From contig JAJPCT020000004.1 of NCBI GenBank assembly GCA_021323375.2, positions 1 through 42,123 on the forward strand: a stretch of 42,123 nucleotides of DNA. The letters are read 5' to 3'. The translations under genes were made by a program, and so were the position numbers. The DNA is from Candidatus Wolframiiraptor gerlachensis (GTDB taxonomy: Archaea; Thermoproteota; Nitrososphaeria_A; Caldarchaeales; Wolframiiraptoraceae). Below are positions 1 to 8,484 of the stretch, piece after piece; the stretch's first letter is position 1; the number at the start of each line of letters is the position of its first letter. The notes under the pieces were generated by a model, which saw only the letters and a list, made by a program, of their open reading frames with translations, was not told the origin of the DNA and ran no database searches.

Positions 1-131
1 TCTACAGGGTTGAGGCCGACCAGTGGGCTAAGGTAGCGCTACTTAGGGAAGCCGGTATACCCGTACCTAAGGTCTACAGGGTCGGGGAGAGCTTCGAGGG
101 GGTGGTGATCGCTAAGCTACCGGGGGCCTAG
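1..131 (+). pseudogene. Internal fragment of a PurP-like ATP-grasp enzyme (FAICAR synthetase family), ending at a junction with the opposite-strand ade gene
   Basis: Frame from nt 3 reads YRVEADQWAKVALLREAGIPVPKVYRVGESFEGVVIAKLPGA*, resembling the PurP segment R.E.D...LL..AGI..P.....VI.K.PGA(xGG.GY). It stops at TAG 129-131, just before the expected GG.GY motif. Confidence 0.55.
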
Positions 132-969
132 AGTCTAGGCCGGACTCTGTTATCGCCTTAACGGTCTCGGCCACGTCGAGCCAGGCGGACCCCTCCCTCA
201 TGTATGCATACATCCCGAGCCTGAGCCTCTCGATCGCATCGCGCTTTGTTGTCAGTTCGTGGCTCGAGGTTATTCCGGCGGCTGAGTAGGCGGCAAGCTC
301 CCTCCCGAGGAGGCCGGCATCATGCCCCTCCACGAGCTTCCCGGCTCTAAGGGCTGCAGCTATCTTGGCATGCACCTCCTCATCGCCCGCGAGAACTCCT
401 GGATAATTCATCATCTCTCCAAGCGCTATCACGCCATCCCATGAGAGGGCCTCCTCAACCTCCCTCGGCCCGAGAACTGCCCCAGCGGTCTCGAATGGCG
501 GGTTCGCTGGGACACATGATGGAACCGTGATAAAGACCTTGAGCGGGAGATTCTCAGCCTCTTGGAGTATCAGTTTAACGCCTTCTAGGCCAAGCACATT
601 GGCTATTTCATGCGGGTCTATGAAGACCGTGGTTGTCCCCCTTGGGAGAACGGCTCTCGCGAACTCCGTCAAGGTAACCATGCTACTCTCCACATGGACA
701 TGCGCATCGAGGAATCCGGGGGCGAGATACCTCCCACCAGCATCATACACCTTGGTGTCAGGGCCTATACAATGGTCTGCATCGCCGATGAGAGCTATTC
801 TATCCCCTTTAACCGCGACATCCATGCCCTCAAGAACCTCCCCCGAGTTTACGTTTACGAGGGTGCCATTCTTTATCACGAGATCCGCCTTAACCCGGCC
901 GAGTGCGACATCAACGAGAAGCCTTGTAATCTCGTGGAGCCTACTCCTCCTGCCGAGAAAACGTGCCAT
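112..969 (-). CDS. ade: Adenine deaminase, 3'-truncated (285 aa of about 600)
   Basis: PGFLDAHVHVESSM, DPHEIANV, GEMMNYPGV, SSHE and MREGSA motifs are present. The sequence diverges after GLDSR, where the TDD motif should follow. Confidence 0.9.
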   Translation of the reverse strand: MARFLGRRSRLHEITRLLVDVALGRVKADLVIKNGTLVNVNSGEVLEGMDVAVKGDRIALIGDADHCIGPDTKVYDAGGRYLAPGFLDAHVHVESSMVTLTEFARAVLPRGTTTVFIDPHEIANVLGLEGVKLILQEAENLPLKVFITVPSCVPANPPFETAGAVLGPREVEEALSWDGVIALGEMMNYPGVLAGDEEVHAKIAAALRAGKLVEGHDAGLLGRELAAYSAAGITSSHELTTKRDAIERLRLGMYAYMREGSAWLDVAETVKAITESGLDSRPPVA

Positions 970-1148
970 AGTGATTATCCATCCCCTCGATTTATATCAT
1001 TTCCCGGCTTAAACCAGTATCCTATGAGATCTTGCGGTTAAGCGGCTGACAAGGAGCCCGAGTCGGCTTTCTCGGGTAAAGAGGATATGGTTTGGAGATA
1101 CTAAAATAAGGCTCCTATTTCTTCTCGATGTGAAGGGGTGTAGGCTGA

Positions 1149-1844
1149 GTGGAGACTGATGCTATTTTCGAGCCGGGCGCCGAGAAAATTAGGGTTCCTG
1201 GAGCGGTGCTGATTGAGGGGCTTCCAGGGGTCGGGCTGGTCGCGAAGGCGGCTGTAGCCTACCTCTTAATGAAGCTCGGTGGGAGGAGAATATGCAGATT
1301 CTATTCCCCATTCTTTCCATCGGTCGGCTATGTTAGGGATGGCAGGATACTTCCATACTTCGCGGACTTCTATCTCGTTGAGTCGCAGAGGCCATTAATC
1401 CTGCTCTATGGCAATGCTCAACCCTCCACATATTATGGCCAGCATGAGTTCTGCCAGCGCATCATAGAGGTCGCCGCGAACCTTGGCGTCAGATCCGTAA
1501 TAACCCTCGGAGGTTATGGTAAGGATCAGGTGAGCGATCCAAGGGTGATATACCTGTCCTCGACGAGCGAGGAGGCCGTCAAGCGGGCTCTCGAGAAGAT
1601 TGACGCGGTCCCATATGAGGGCCAGATAGTGGGCGCGGCAGGTCTCCTCATACTAATGGCCGGGGAGCTTGGCATGGAGAACCTCTCCCTCTTGATCGAG
1701 GCTGGGGACATGATCCCGGATTACCTAGCGACTAGGAGGGGGGTTGAGGCGCTGGCTAAGCTACTCGACCTAGATATAGAGATCGGCGACATCTACGACT
1801 TCTCCGTGGCCTATGAGGAGGCTGTTAAGACGCTTGAAGGCTAG
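1149..1844 (+). CDS. PAC2-family proteasome assembly chaperone-like protein
   Basis: LIEGLPGVGLVAK, ITLGGY, GQIVGAAGLL and PD..A motifs. Confidence 0.88.
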   Translation: METDAIFEPGAEKIRVPGAVLIEGLPGVGLVAKAAVAYLLMKLGGRRICRFYSPFFPSVGYVRDGRILPYFADFYLVESQRPLILLYGNAQPSTYYGQHEFCQRIIEVAANLGVRSVITLGGYGKDQVSDPRVIYLSSTSEEAVKRALEKIDAVPYEGQIVGAAGLLILMAGELGMENLSLLIEAGDMIPDYLATRRGVEALAKLLDLDIEIGDIYDFSVAYEEAVKTLEG

Positions 1845-1904
1845 CGTGGGTGAAGCATATGAGCAAGACCACGGCGAGATCACATGGAATATATCTGAAA
1901 AATG

Positions 1905-3047
1905 TTAAGGAAAAAGGGAAGGGGGAGAGGCTGCTCTTAACATGTTGATTATCTTTGTCGCCTCTTGCCTCAACTCCCTCACCCTATCCGCATATTCATG
2001 TAGCCTTCTATGAAGTTCTTTAAGGATCTGTTGCTTATCCAAAATCCTCTCAGCGAATCTCTCATCCGGAATCAGTTCGCAAGCCCTGATTATACTCCTA
2101 ATGGTTGAAGTCTTCTCGATAACCCTTAGCCAATCCCAGACAGGTTTAACGAGATCGCGATCAATTTTGTCTTTCTTAATGAATCGTAAAGCAAGAATTC
2201 TTTTGACCTCCCTGAACGGTTGTAGCAACCTTAGGTTTTTCAAAAGATATTCAACAGCATTTCTCTCCGTAACAGTGAATACGTACATTGGGCGTCTTGA
2301 TTTAATAATATGTTGTGTTGATTTGATAATACGACCTTCAATAATGTGAATTTCGTTTGCGTCATAAAGTCTTGCGAAACCGTAGGGAATTGTTAATGAT
2401 TTAAAGACTTGGTGAATCGTTTTTATGGTTTCTCTTTTCCCGTTGTAGAGCTTGATTGCAAACCAGACGTGTTTTCGATCAGTATGAGTTACTGCTATAC
2501 ATCCATCTCCTGAAATTGCGCCTGATAACAGTTTTAGCCTCTCCTCATTCATGAGTTCTTTGACAGGCTTTTCTAGTTCTCGGATCCAAGACTTAGTGTC
2601 AAGATGTGCTACTAGATGCCACCACGTCATATTATCGTCCAAAATCGGTTTAACCATAGTCCACCCATATCTAGAGAAGAATCGTTGCATTCGATGAGCG
2701 AAGAAGTCCTTAGTAGTATTTACCTTCAATCTAATTGTGTATCGTTGGTAGATAACGTTGAGATCTGTAATTGACAATCCACGTACAATCTGCGCATCTT
2801 CGTCTGGAGCTCGTCGAGGTACTTTATGCCTTTTCGTGCCCATAGGTATATTTTCTCCATTAAGCCAGCGCCATATAGTGTTGCGTCGTACTCGTACTCC
2901 AGTTTTTTCTGTGATTATCCTAGCGATTTCTTCGTAACTAATCCTCCTCTTATATTTATTCATCCGTTCAAATTCCTCGAAAACCAATGAAACTATTTTT
3001 TCTTTTATTTCATCTGGTTGATCTCTATAACAATTCGTCCCCTCCAT
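1905..3047 (-). CDS. Free-standing LAGLIDADG-type homing endonuclease with N-terminal HTH (alternative GTG start at 3062)
   Basis: HTH ISYEEIARIITEKTGVRVRRNTIWRWL..G..P, a degenerate first motif IVRGLSITDLNV and a second motif LLSGAISGDGCI. Markedly AT-richer than its flanks. SD GGGGGTGGTGA precedes ATG 3047. Confidence 0.75.
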   Translation of the reverse strand: MEGTNCYRDQPDEIKEKIVSLVFEEFERMNKYKRRISYEEIARIITEKTGVRVRRNTIWRWLNGENIPMGTKRHKVPRRAPDEDAQIVRGLSITDLNVIYQRYTIRLKVNTTKDFFAHRMQRFFSRYGWTMVKPILDDNMTWWHLVAHLDTKSWIRELEKPVKELMNEERLKLLSGAISGDGCIAVTHTDRKHVWFAIKLYNGKRETIKTIHQVFKSLTIPYGFARLYDANEIHIIEGRIIKSTQHIIKSRRPMYVFTVTERNAVEYLLKNLRLLQPFREVKRILALRFIKKDKIDRDLVKPVWDWLRVIEKTSTIRSIIRACELIPDERFAERILDKQQILKELHRRLHEYADRVRELRQEATKIINMLRAASPPSLFP

Positions 3048-3055
3048 CTTTAGTA

Positions 3056-3421
3056 TCACCACCCCCCTATTTCATCGTAGACTTCCTGCCATCCCCACCA
3101 TTCTATGGCGTCTTCCAACAGCTCGTATATCTCCGCCCTCAATCGCTCCATCAATGGTGATCCGAGCCACCTAGCGTAGAACCGGCAGAACTCGAAGACA
3201 TCATCCCTGAGTTTACCATAGCTCGTCAGCTTAACCATGAAGTCGGTCTTCGGGTCGGCTAGGAGGTCGAAGAAAGAGTCAACACAGTCTATGAGATGCT
3301 TGAAGTCTTGGAGCGCCCCGGGCCCGAGCTCCGCGAACGCGCCGCCATACCGATCCTCAACATCCCTCAGAATCCTCCTGAGGTCGGAGCCTCCATAGAC
3401 TATAAATCCCTTCCCGGCCAT
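3056..3421 (-). CDS. Small helical hypothetical protein (orfX, 121 aa), directly upstream of the endonuclease
   Basis: SD GAGGGGGTGA precedes ATG 3421 (MAGKGFIVYGGSDL...). The ORF-track extension to 3583 adds a hydrophobic segment. Its 3' end is duplicated at 8377-8442. Confidence 0.7.
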   Translation of the reverse strand: MAGKGFIVYGGSDLRRILRDVEDRYGGAFAELGPGALQDFKHLIDCVDSFFDLLADPKTDFMVKLTSYGKLRDDVFEFCRFYARWLGSPLMERLRAEIYELLEDAIEWWGWQEVYDEIGGW

Positions 3422-3595
3422 CCACATCACCCCCTCAAGCAGCGCCAGCAGCGGCACTATCAACGACATGGCAATCCACCATATGATCCATGGATCTATC
3501 GGCCTCGGCCACCAACCCCTCCCCCTCTTCATCCTCCTTAGACAAACCATGTCTCCCATCCTCCTCTCCTTCCATGGTTTCACCCCCTCGGGCTC

Positions 3596-3744
3596 GGCCC
3601 AGCCCAGGAGGGCGGCGGGCCCCCCGGCGAGCAGGGGCTACTAACCCCACCCCGCAACCGGCCACCCGGAATAAAGGCCGGTATCTAGGGGTGGGGCGTT
3701 CGCCCAAACCCCCGGGGAGCTCCGCCCACCCACCGGGGCAGGCC
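3596..3744. other. GC-rich ~150-nt nested inverted repeat (putative structured RNA or element end) upstream of orfX
   Basis: CCCCACCCC 3645-3653 pairs with GGGGTGGGG 3688-3696. ACCGGCC 3657-3663 pairs with GGCCGGT 3676-3682. The outer arms 3596-3627 and about 3712-3744 pair imperfectly. Confidence 0.6.
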
Positions 3745-4069
3745 TCATGGCTCCCTCGGGAAACCCGCCCGCCGAAAGCCTTGCCAACACCCTCCAGGGA
3801 ATTTCAAAGAGTTCTAATCGGATATAATCGGTCGGAGGCTTTTTCTTTCCCCCTCTCGCAGGTAAAAATTTCTTTCAGCTCAGGCACGGTAGAGGAATCC
3901 CTAAATCTAATGTATGAAACTTTCGAGACTTATAAGGCTTCGCCCCTGACCTAGTTTATATGGGTCTAACACATTAAGTTTAGATCTCTATTGACCACGA
4001 TATAGCTAATAGTAATGATGGGAAGAGGGTAGTATAGGAGGTCTTGAAAAATATGGGGGTTGATAATAG

Positions 4070-4762
4070 ATGAGTAGAGAGGTTGAGAAAATTAAGACCA
4101 TCGTTCTCGAGACGTTCTTTGGAACTGCTGAGGTCGGCTTATTCTCGGTGGCGACTGAGAAGATCTGCCTAGTCCCACCACAGCTTAAGCCGAGGCAGAA
4201 GAGGCTGATAAGAGGCGTGCTCGAGGTCGAGGTTATCCCAACGACGATCGCCGGCTCGATACTGTTATCGGCCTTTGCGACGGGCAATAGCAACGGCCTC
4301 CTCCTATCAAACCTAGTCTTGGAGGAGGAGCTTGGCGTAATTAAGAAGCACGTCGGCGACATGAACCTCGCTGTGGTGGAGGGGAAGTATACGGCGATAG
4401 GAAACCTCGTTCTGGCGAATGATCGGGCAGCTCTCGTGAGCGATATTCTCCCAAAGAGCGCTGTGAAGATGATAGAAGATGCTCTAGGCGTCGAGGTTGT
4501 AGTTGGGAGGATCGCGGATAGAAGTTATGTCGGCTCGCTCGCGGTAATAACGAACACTGGCGGCCTAATCTTCGTCGAGGCATCAGAGGAAGAGGAGAAG
4601 ATGCTCTCAGAGCTATTTAAGGTCGAGGTGGTACCGGGCACTGTGAATAATGGCGTAAAGTTCGTTAGAAGTGGGATACTCGCAAATAGCAAGGGCGCTA
4701 TCGTGGGGTCACTAACCACAGGCCCAGAGCTCATGACGATATCTAGAGCTCTCGGGGTCTAA
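4070..4762 (+). CDS. eif6: Translation initiation factor 6 (aIF6)
   Basis: Pentein repeats: TTIAGS, GNSNG, AIGNLVLAND, GTVNNG, GSLTTGPEL. Confidence 0.95.
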   Translation: MSREVEKIKTIVLETFFGTAEVGLFSVATEKICLVPPQLKPRQKRLIRGVLEVEVIPTTIAGSILLSAFATGNSNGLLLSNLVLEEELGVIKKHVGDMNLAVVEGKYTAIGNLVLANDRAALVSDILPKSAVKMIEDALGVEVVVGRIADRSYVGSLAVITNTGGLIFVEASEEEEKMLSELFKVEVVPGTVNNGVKFVRSGILANSKGAIVGSLTTGPELMTISRALGV

Positions 4763-4773
4763 AGCCAGCCCAT

Positions 4774-5082
4774 CTAAAAGTATATCTGGACGTGCGGGAT
4801 ATTCCCGAATCTTATAATAGCCCTCTCCGGCACAATACCCTTCTCCACCATGTAGGATACAGCTACTTCGCCCAACAGGTTAAGGATCTTCGCCTGAATT
4901 ATGTACTTGTCGAGCTCATCTCGCGCGATTAGGGCACCGCCGTAGAATGCCTCGCTCACCTCCACCGTGAAGCCCTCGCTTACCTCAATCTTCTTCCCGA
5001 GAAGCTCCTCATCGCAAACGGCGACAACGGTCTCGCCAGTCTTCGAATGGTGAACCTTGACCCACACCCTATCCGACGGCAT
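4774..5082 (-). CDS. DUF424 family protein
   Basis: VAVCDEELLGK, FYGG, ILNLLGE and IPHVQ motifs. SD GGAGAGGG precedes ATG 5082. Confidence 0.85.
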   Translation of the reverse strand: MPSDRVWVKVHHSKTGETVVAVCDEELLGKKIEVSEGFTVEVSEAFYGGALIARDELDKYIIQAKILNLLGEVAVSYMVEKGIVPERAIIRFGNIPHVQIYF

Positions 5083-5160
5083 CCCTCTCCACGTCAAGGG
5101 TGGTGGCGCGCGAATATAAGTTTCTCGGAAAGATTCAAAAACTCTCTTCCGGAATTACCC

Positions 5161-5901
5161 ATGATCCTCATGGAGGAGGCGTCGAAGGAGGAGCTGATGA
5201 GGAGGATCGCGGGCGAGATAATCCTCTCGGAGAGCCCAGGCCGCGTCATGAGGAAGTGGAGGTCGCTCTTCGAACTCACCCAAGCCGAGGTCGCAAGGCT
5301 CATGAGGATCTCACCGTCAGTCCTCAGCGACTACGAGAATGATAGGCGGAAATCCCCGGGAACAGTGTTCGTGAGGAGATTCGTCCAAGCCCTGATAGAG
5401 GCGGATGAGCTGAGGGGTGGACAGCAGGTGAGAAAATACGCAGTCTTCTACAGGAGTCTGAGCGCGGCAGTGATGGATCTAGATGAGTTCGAGTCTCCGA
5501 GAACAGTTAAGGAGATTGTCTCGGCTGTTAGAGGCGAGGTCCTCGCGGGTGAAGGTCTCCTCGATATGCCGATCTATGGCTACACGGTCATCGACAGCAT
5601 CAAGGCAATAAAGCTCCTCGACGCATACGACTTCCTCCACCTCTTCGGTAGGAACCCGATGAGGGCTCTTATATTCACCTCCGTGACGCGCGGTAGGTCG
5701 CCCATGGTTGCGGCAAGGCTTTACCCGATAAAGCCTAAGCTGATCATAATACATGGGCCGAGGAGGGAGCAGGTGGATAGGCTGGCGATAGAGCTCGCTG
5801 AGCTGGAGAAAATTTGCTTCGCATTATCAACACTCCCAACTGTTGAGGAGCTCATAAATGGACTCAGGTCTCTCAGGGCCGCCGGGCGTGAGGAGAGATG
5901 A
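5161..5901 (+). CDS. Archaeal XRE-HTH transcriptional regulator (COG1709-like)
   Basis: IAGEIILSESPG, TQAEVA..SPSVLSDYE, GYTVIDSIKAI and VTRGRSPMVA motifs. Confidence 0.85.
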   Translation: MILMEEASKEELMRRIAGEIILSESPGRVMRKWRSLFELTQAEVARLMRISPSVLSDYENDRRKSPGTVFVRRFVQALIEADELRGGQQVRKYAVFYRSLSAAVMDLDEFESPRTVKEIVSAVRGEVLAGEGLLDMPIYGYTVIDSIKAIKLLDAYDFLHLFGRNPMRALIFTSVTRGRSPMVAARLYPIKPKLIIIHGPRREQVDRLAIELAELEKICFALSTLPTVEELINGLRSLRAAGREER

Positions 5902-6818
5902 AGCCGATAAAGGATATCCGGCTATCCCCCGGGATAAAGGTCTCAGAGCTTGTCGAGCAGTTTAGGGAGGCTGGAGGCTTCTCGGCCAAGTAGCTTGGCA
6001 TCGCCGCCAGCATCCTCAAGGAGATGATCGGTGATAAGAAGTGTGTGAAGTTCATATCATTCGTCGGTGCTCTGGTCGCGACGGGCATCAGGAGTGTAAT
6101 CGCGGAGGCGATCAAACGAGGCATGTTCGATGTAATAATCACGACATGCGGCGCCATAGATCATGATATAGCCCGATCCCTAGGCCAATACTATGATGGG
6201 GACTTCTGGATGGATGATGAAGAGCTGAGAGGCAGGGGGATACATAGGCTTGGAAGCGTCTTGATACCCCTAGACTCCTATGGCCCGGTGATAGAGCGCT
6301 TCCTGCAGAATGTTCTTGAGGAGGCGTATTTGGATGGCATGAGGGAGCTAGCGAGCTATGAAGTCTGCGAGCTGATAGGTGAGAAGATTCAGGATGAGGA
6401 GAGCATACTATACTGGGCGCATAGAAGGGGTGTAAAGGTATTCGTCCCGGGGATAATGGATGGGGCAGTTGGCACGCAACTCTGGCTATTCCAGCAGAAG
6501 CATAGGGACTTCAGGCTAAACCTCTTCAAAGATGCTGATGAGCTCGCGGGCATAATTTTCAAGGCCGAAAGGACTGGGGCGCTGATGATCGGCGGCGGCA
6601 TCTCGAAGCATCATACATTATGGTGGAACCAGTTTAAGGAGGGCCTCGACTACGCGATCTACCTAACCACGGCCTGCGAGTATGATGGGAGCCTCAGTGG
6701 CGCCCGGGTCCACGAGGCGGTCTCATGGATGAAGGTTAAGGCTGGCGCAAGGAAGGTAACGGTCTACGGGGATGCGACAATAACCCTGCCACTCATAATA
6801 GCAGCCGCGATGGAGTAG
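5898..6818 (+). CDS. dys: Deoxyhypusine synthase with in-frame TAG at 5991-5993
   Basis: ATG 5898 overlaps the upstream TGA and reads MKPIKDI...GGFSAK*LGIAASILKEM. Downstream are GGGISKHH, YDGSLSGA and GDATI motifs. Confidence 0.9.
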
Positions 6819-6821
6819 CCG

Positions 6822-7256
6822 CTATCCACTCATCTCTCGGCTCTTAATTACATCAGCCTTCACAAGCTTCAAGTGTAGTATGCCATTCACGTAAGAGCTC
6901 TCGAGAAGCCTAACCCTACATGGGAGCTTTATCTTCCTCCTGAAGCCCCCTCCACCCCTAAGAAACACCTTATTTTCCAAGACCTCGAAGGAGACCTCGC
7001 TCTCGGGGCCCGGGACCTCAGCCGTCACACTTATCAAGCTATCCTCCTCATGAACCTCGACCGGATATCTCTTCAGCTGCTTCGAGCCCTCCAGCGCCCT
7101 CTTAATCTCCCTAAACCAGTAGAATCCCAAGATCACTAGGATTCCCGCGAGTATGAGGCCTAGGAGGCCCCTCTGAAGCCTCGCCAATACAGCTAGCCCT
7201 AGAAGCCCGAGGACCAGGAGTAGTACCACGAGTGAGAGGCTGCTCCTCGTGGACAA
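6822..7256 (-). CDS. Membrane-anchored Hsp20/alpha-crystallin-like protein
   Basis: Two N-terminal TM helices, then VTAEVPG...FRRKIKLP...YVNGILHLKL. Confidence 0.75.
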   Translation of the reverse strand: MSTRSSLSLVVLLLVLGLLGLAVLARLQRGLLGLILAGILVILGFYWFREIKRALEGSKQLKRYPVEVHEEDSLISVTAEVPGPESEVSFEVLENKVFLRGGGGFRRKIKLPCRVRLLESSYVNGILHLKLVKADVIKSREMSG

Positions 7257-7345
7257 GGCCGGAATTCCTATCTAAGTTTTATGGCTGCTTAGGCTTAAAC
7301 CTATGCCTCTTTATTCTCAACAACCCTTCTCAGCCTAAACTTGGT

Positions 7346-7495
7346 AAAAAGGGGTGGGGCTGGCAGGCGAGTCCTCGGAGCCATAAAGGCCGGCAGGAAC
7401 CTATTTCCCTACCATATGTGGATTCATGGATCCTCCACACTGGGAGTTTAAGCCTCACCTTACCGGCCTTTATGGCTTTTACTACCGCCAGCCAG
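7346..7495 (-). ncRNA. Putative bridge/seek/tigRNA-like guide RNA (copy 1)
   Basis: Perfect 15-bp inverted repeat at 7379-7393 / 7463-7477, plus basal and apical stems. Guide A (7446-7455) reads AGGCTTAAAC on the minus strand, identical to flank 7291-7300. Guide B (7398-7409, AACCTATTTCCC on +) is identical to flank 8490-8501. The RNA ends in CCCCACCCC-TTTTT. Confidence 0.8.
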
Positions 7496-8353
7496 CGGCT
7501 CTGCTGCTATGAAGTAGGCCTTCCTCAAGGCCTTTAAGATCATTAATCCTAACCTGTATATCGCCTTCTCCCGTGGTAGGTAGTTAGCAATCTCAGCGAT
7601 CTCCTCTGAAACACTTACACGTTTTCTGGCATTCATGTAAAGACATGTCGCAAGAGCTGTAACATGCCATCTTAATTCATAATATCGTCCCTTATTCTTG
7701 TTTGGCGTGAAACCTAACAGCCCCTTCAACTTCACCAATGGTAGGTGAAGGGGTAGCTTAGTCACTAGGATGGCCAGCTCAACACTATCCCTCACCCCAA
7801 GCATCTTACAAGCCTCCCTGTAAATAGCGTTATTAGATATTGCCTCAACAATCTTCCTCGCAACATTCTCTTTATCCTTTCCCATCAATTTTATGACTTC
7901 GCTCAGCCCATAATCCCATCCATCATTCTTAATCCACTGCCTCAAGAGTGCAATCCTTCTCGTGAGTAGCTGATATTTGTTGATTAGTGGATCCAGCTTG
8001 GTTCTTCTTTCCATCTCTTCGACCGTTAATTGTTTAAAATAATCTCTTGGAATATTTGCAAGCAATATTACATCTATGACATCGGATTTTTTGAGGCCTT
8101 TTTGTCTCCTAAGTTTCTTCAGTATACTCGTGTCCTTCAAGTAGTATACTTTGACCCCTCTTTTTAATAGTTCTAGAACCTCGTCGTAAAACTCCGCGAA
8201 CAATGAATCAATGAAAATCTCATTATAATTCCCGAGCTTGGTCAGCTCATATACCTCAAACGTCTTTTCACCGTCATAGCATGCATGCGGCTTTTTCCTC
8301 CTCCTACCACCCCTGGCAGTCTTAGAGGTATCAACGAAAATAACTTTACTCAT
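7460..8353 (-). CDS. Compact IS110-family (RuvC DEDD-like + coiled coil + Tnp20/Nop-like) protein, 297 aa
   Basis: VIFVD8TSK (cf. GIDVSK), IFID49S, KKSD91VID94VILLA (cf. KTDxxDAxxLA), then a coiled coil, then LKGLLGFTP...LR (cf. GLxP). The start is taken as MSKV (ATG 8353). Confidence 0.75.
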   Translation of the reverse strand: MSKVIFVDTSKTARGGRRRKKPHACYDGEKTFEVYELTKLGNYNEIFIDSLFAEFYDEVLELLKRGVKVYYLKDTSILKKLRRQKGLKKSDVIDVILLANIPRDYFKQLTVEEMERRTKLDPLINKYQLLTRRIALLRQWIKNDGWDYGLSEVIKLMGKDKENVARKIVEAISNNAIYREACKMLGVRDSVELAILVTKLPLHLPLVKLKGLLGFTPNKNKGRYYELRWHVTALATCLYMNARKRVSVSEEIAEIANYLPREKAIYRLGLMILKALRKAYFIAAEPLAGGSKSHKGR

Positions 8354-8376
8354 GGTTCTCGTCCCCCTTAACGCCC

Positions 8377-8442
8377 TCATCGTAGATCCCCCAGAACCTC
8401 CTGCCATCCCCCCATTCTATGGCCTCCTCCAACAGCTCGTAT
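8377..8442 (-). pseudogene. Frameshifted remnant of the orfX 3' end
   Basis: Encodes YELLEEAIEW/GWQEV, near-identical in DNA to 3084-3128 (YELLEDAIEWWGWQEV) with a 1-nt deletion. TCTACGATGA is also shared. Confidence 0.8.
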
Positions 8443-8484
8443 GTGCTAGGCTTATCCTAGAGGCCGGAAGTAAAAGGAAGAATA

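Noticed and set aside
3056-3421. Naming orfX as a paREP2a-type protein
   Set aside because: Size and context are reminiscent, but I cannot match its motifs reliably without a search.
3596-3780. SRP RNA or RNase P RNA
   Set aside because: No SRP helix-8 CAGG..GGAA..AGCA motif and no RNase P GAGGAAAGUCC-type motif on either strand. It is also too short.
5991-5993. Pyrrolysine or genome-wide TAG recoding
   Set aside because: TAG terminates many clearly complete genes in the window, and no pyl genes are visible.
7346-7495. Simple terminator or H/ACA RNA (also 18781-18915)
   Set aside because: No ACA box after the stem. The loop sequences match flanking DNA on opposite strands, and the scaffold recurs with swapped guides.
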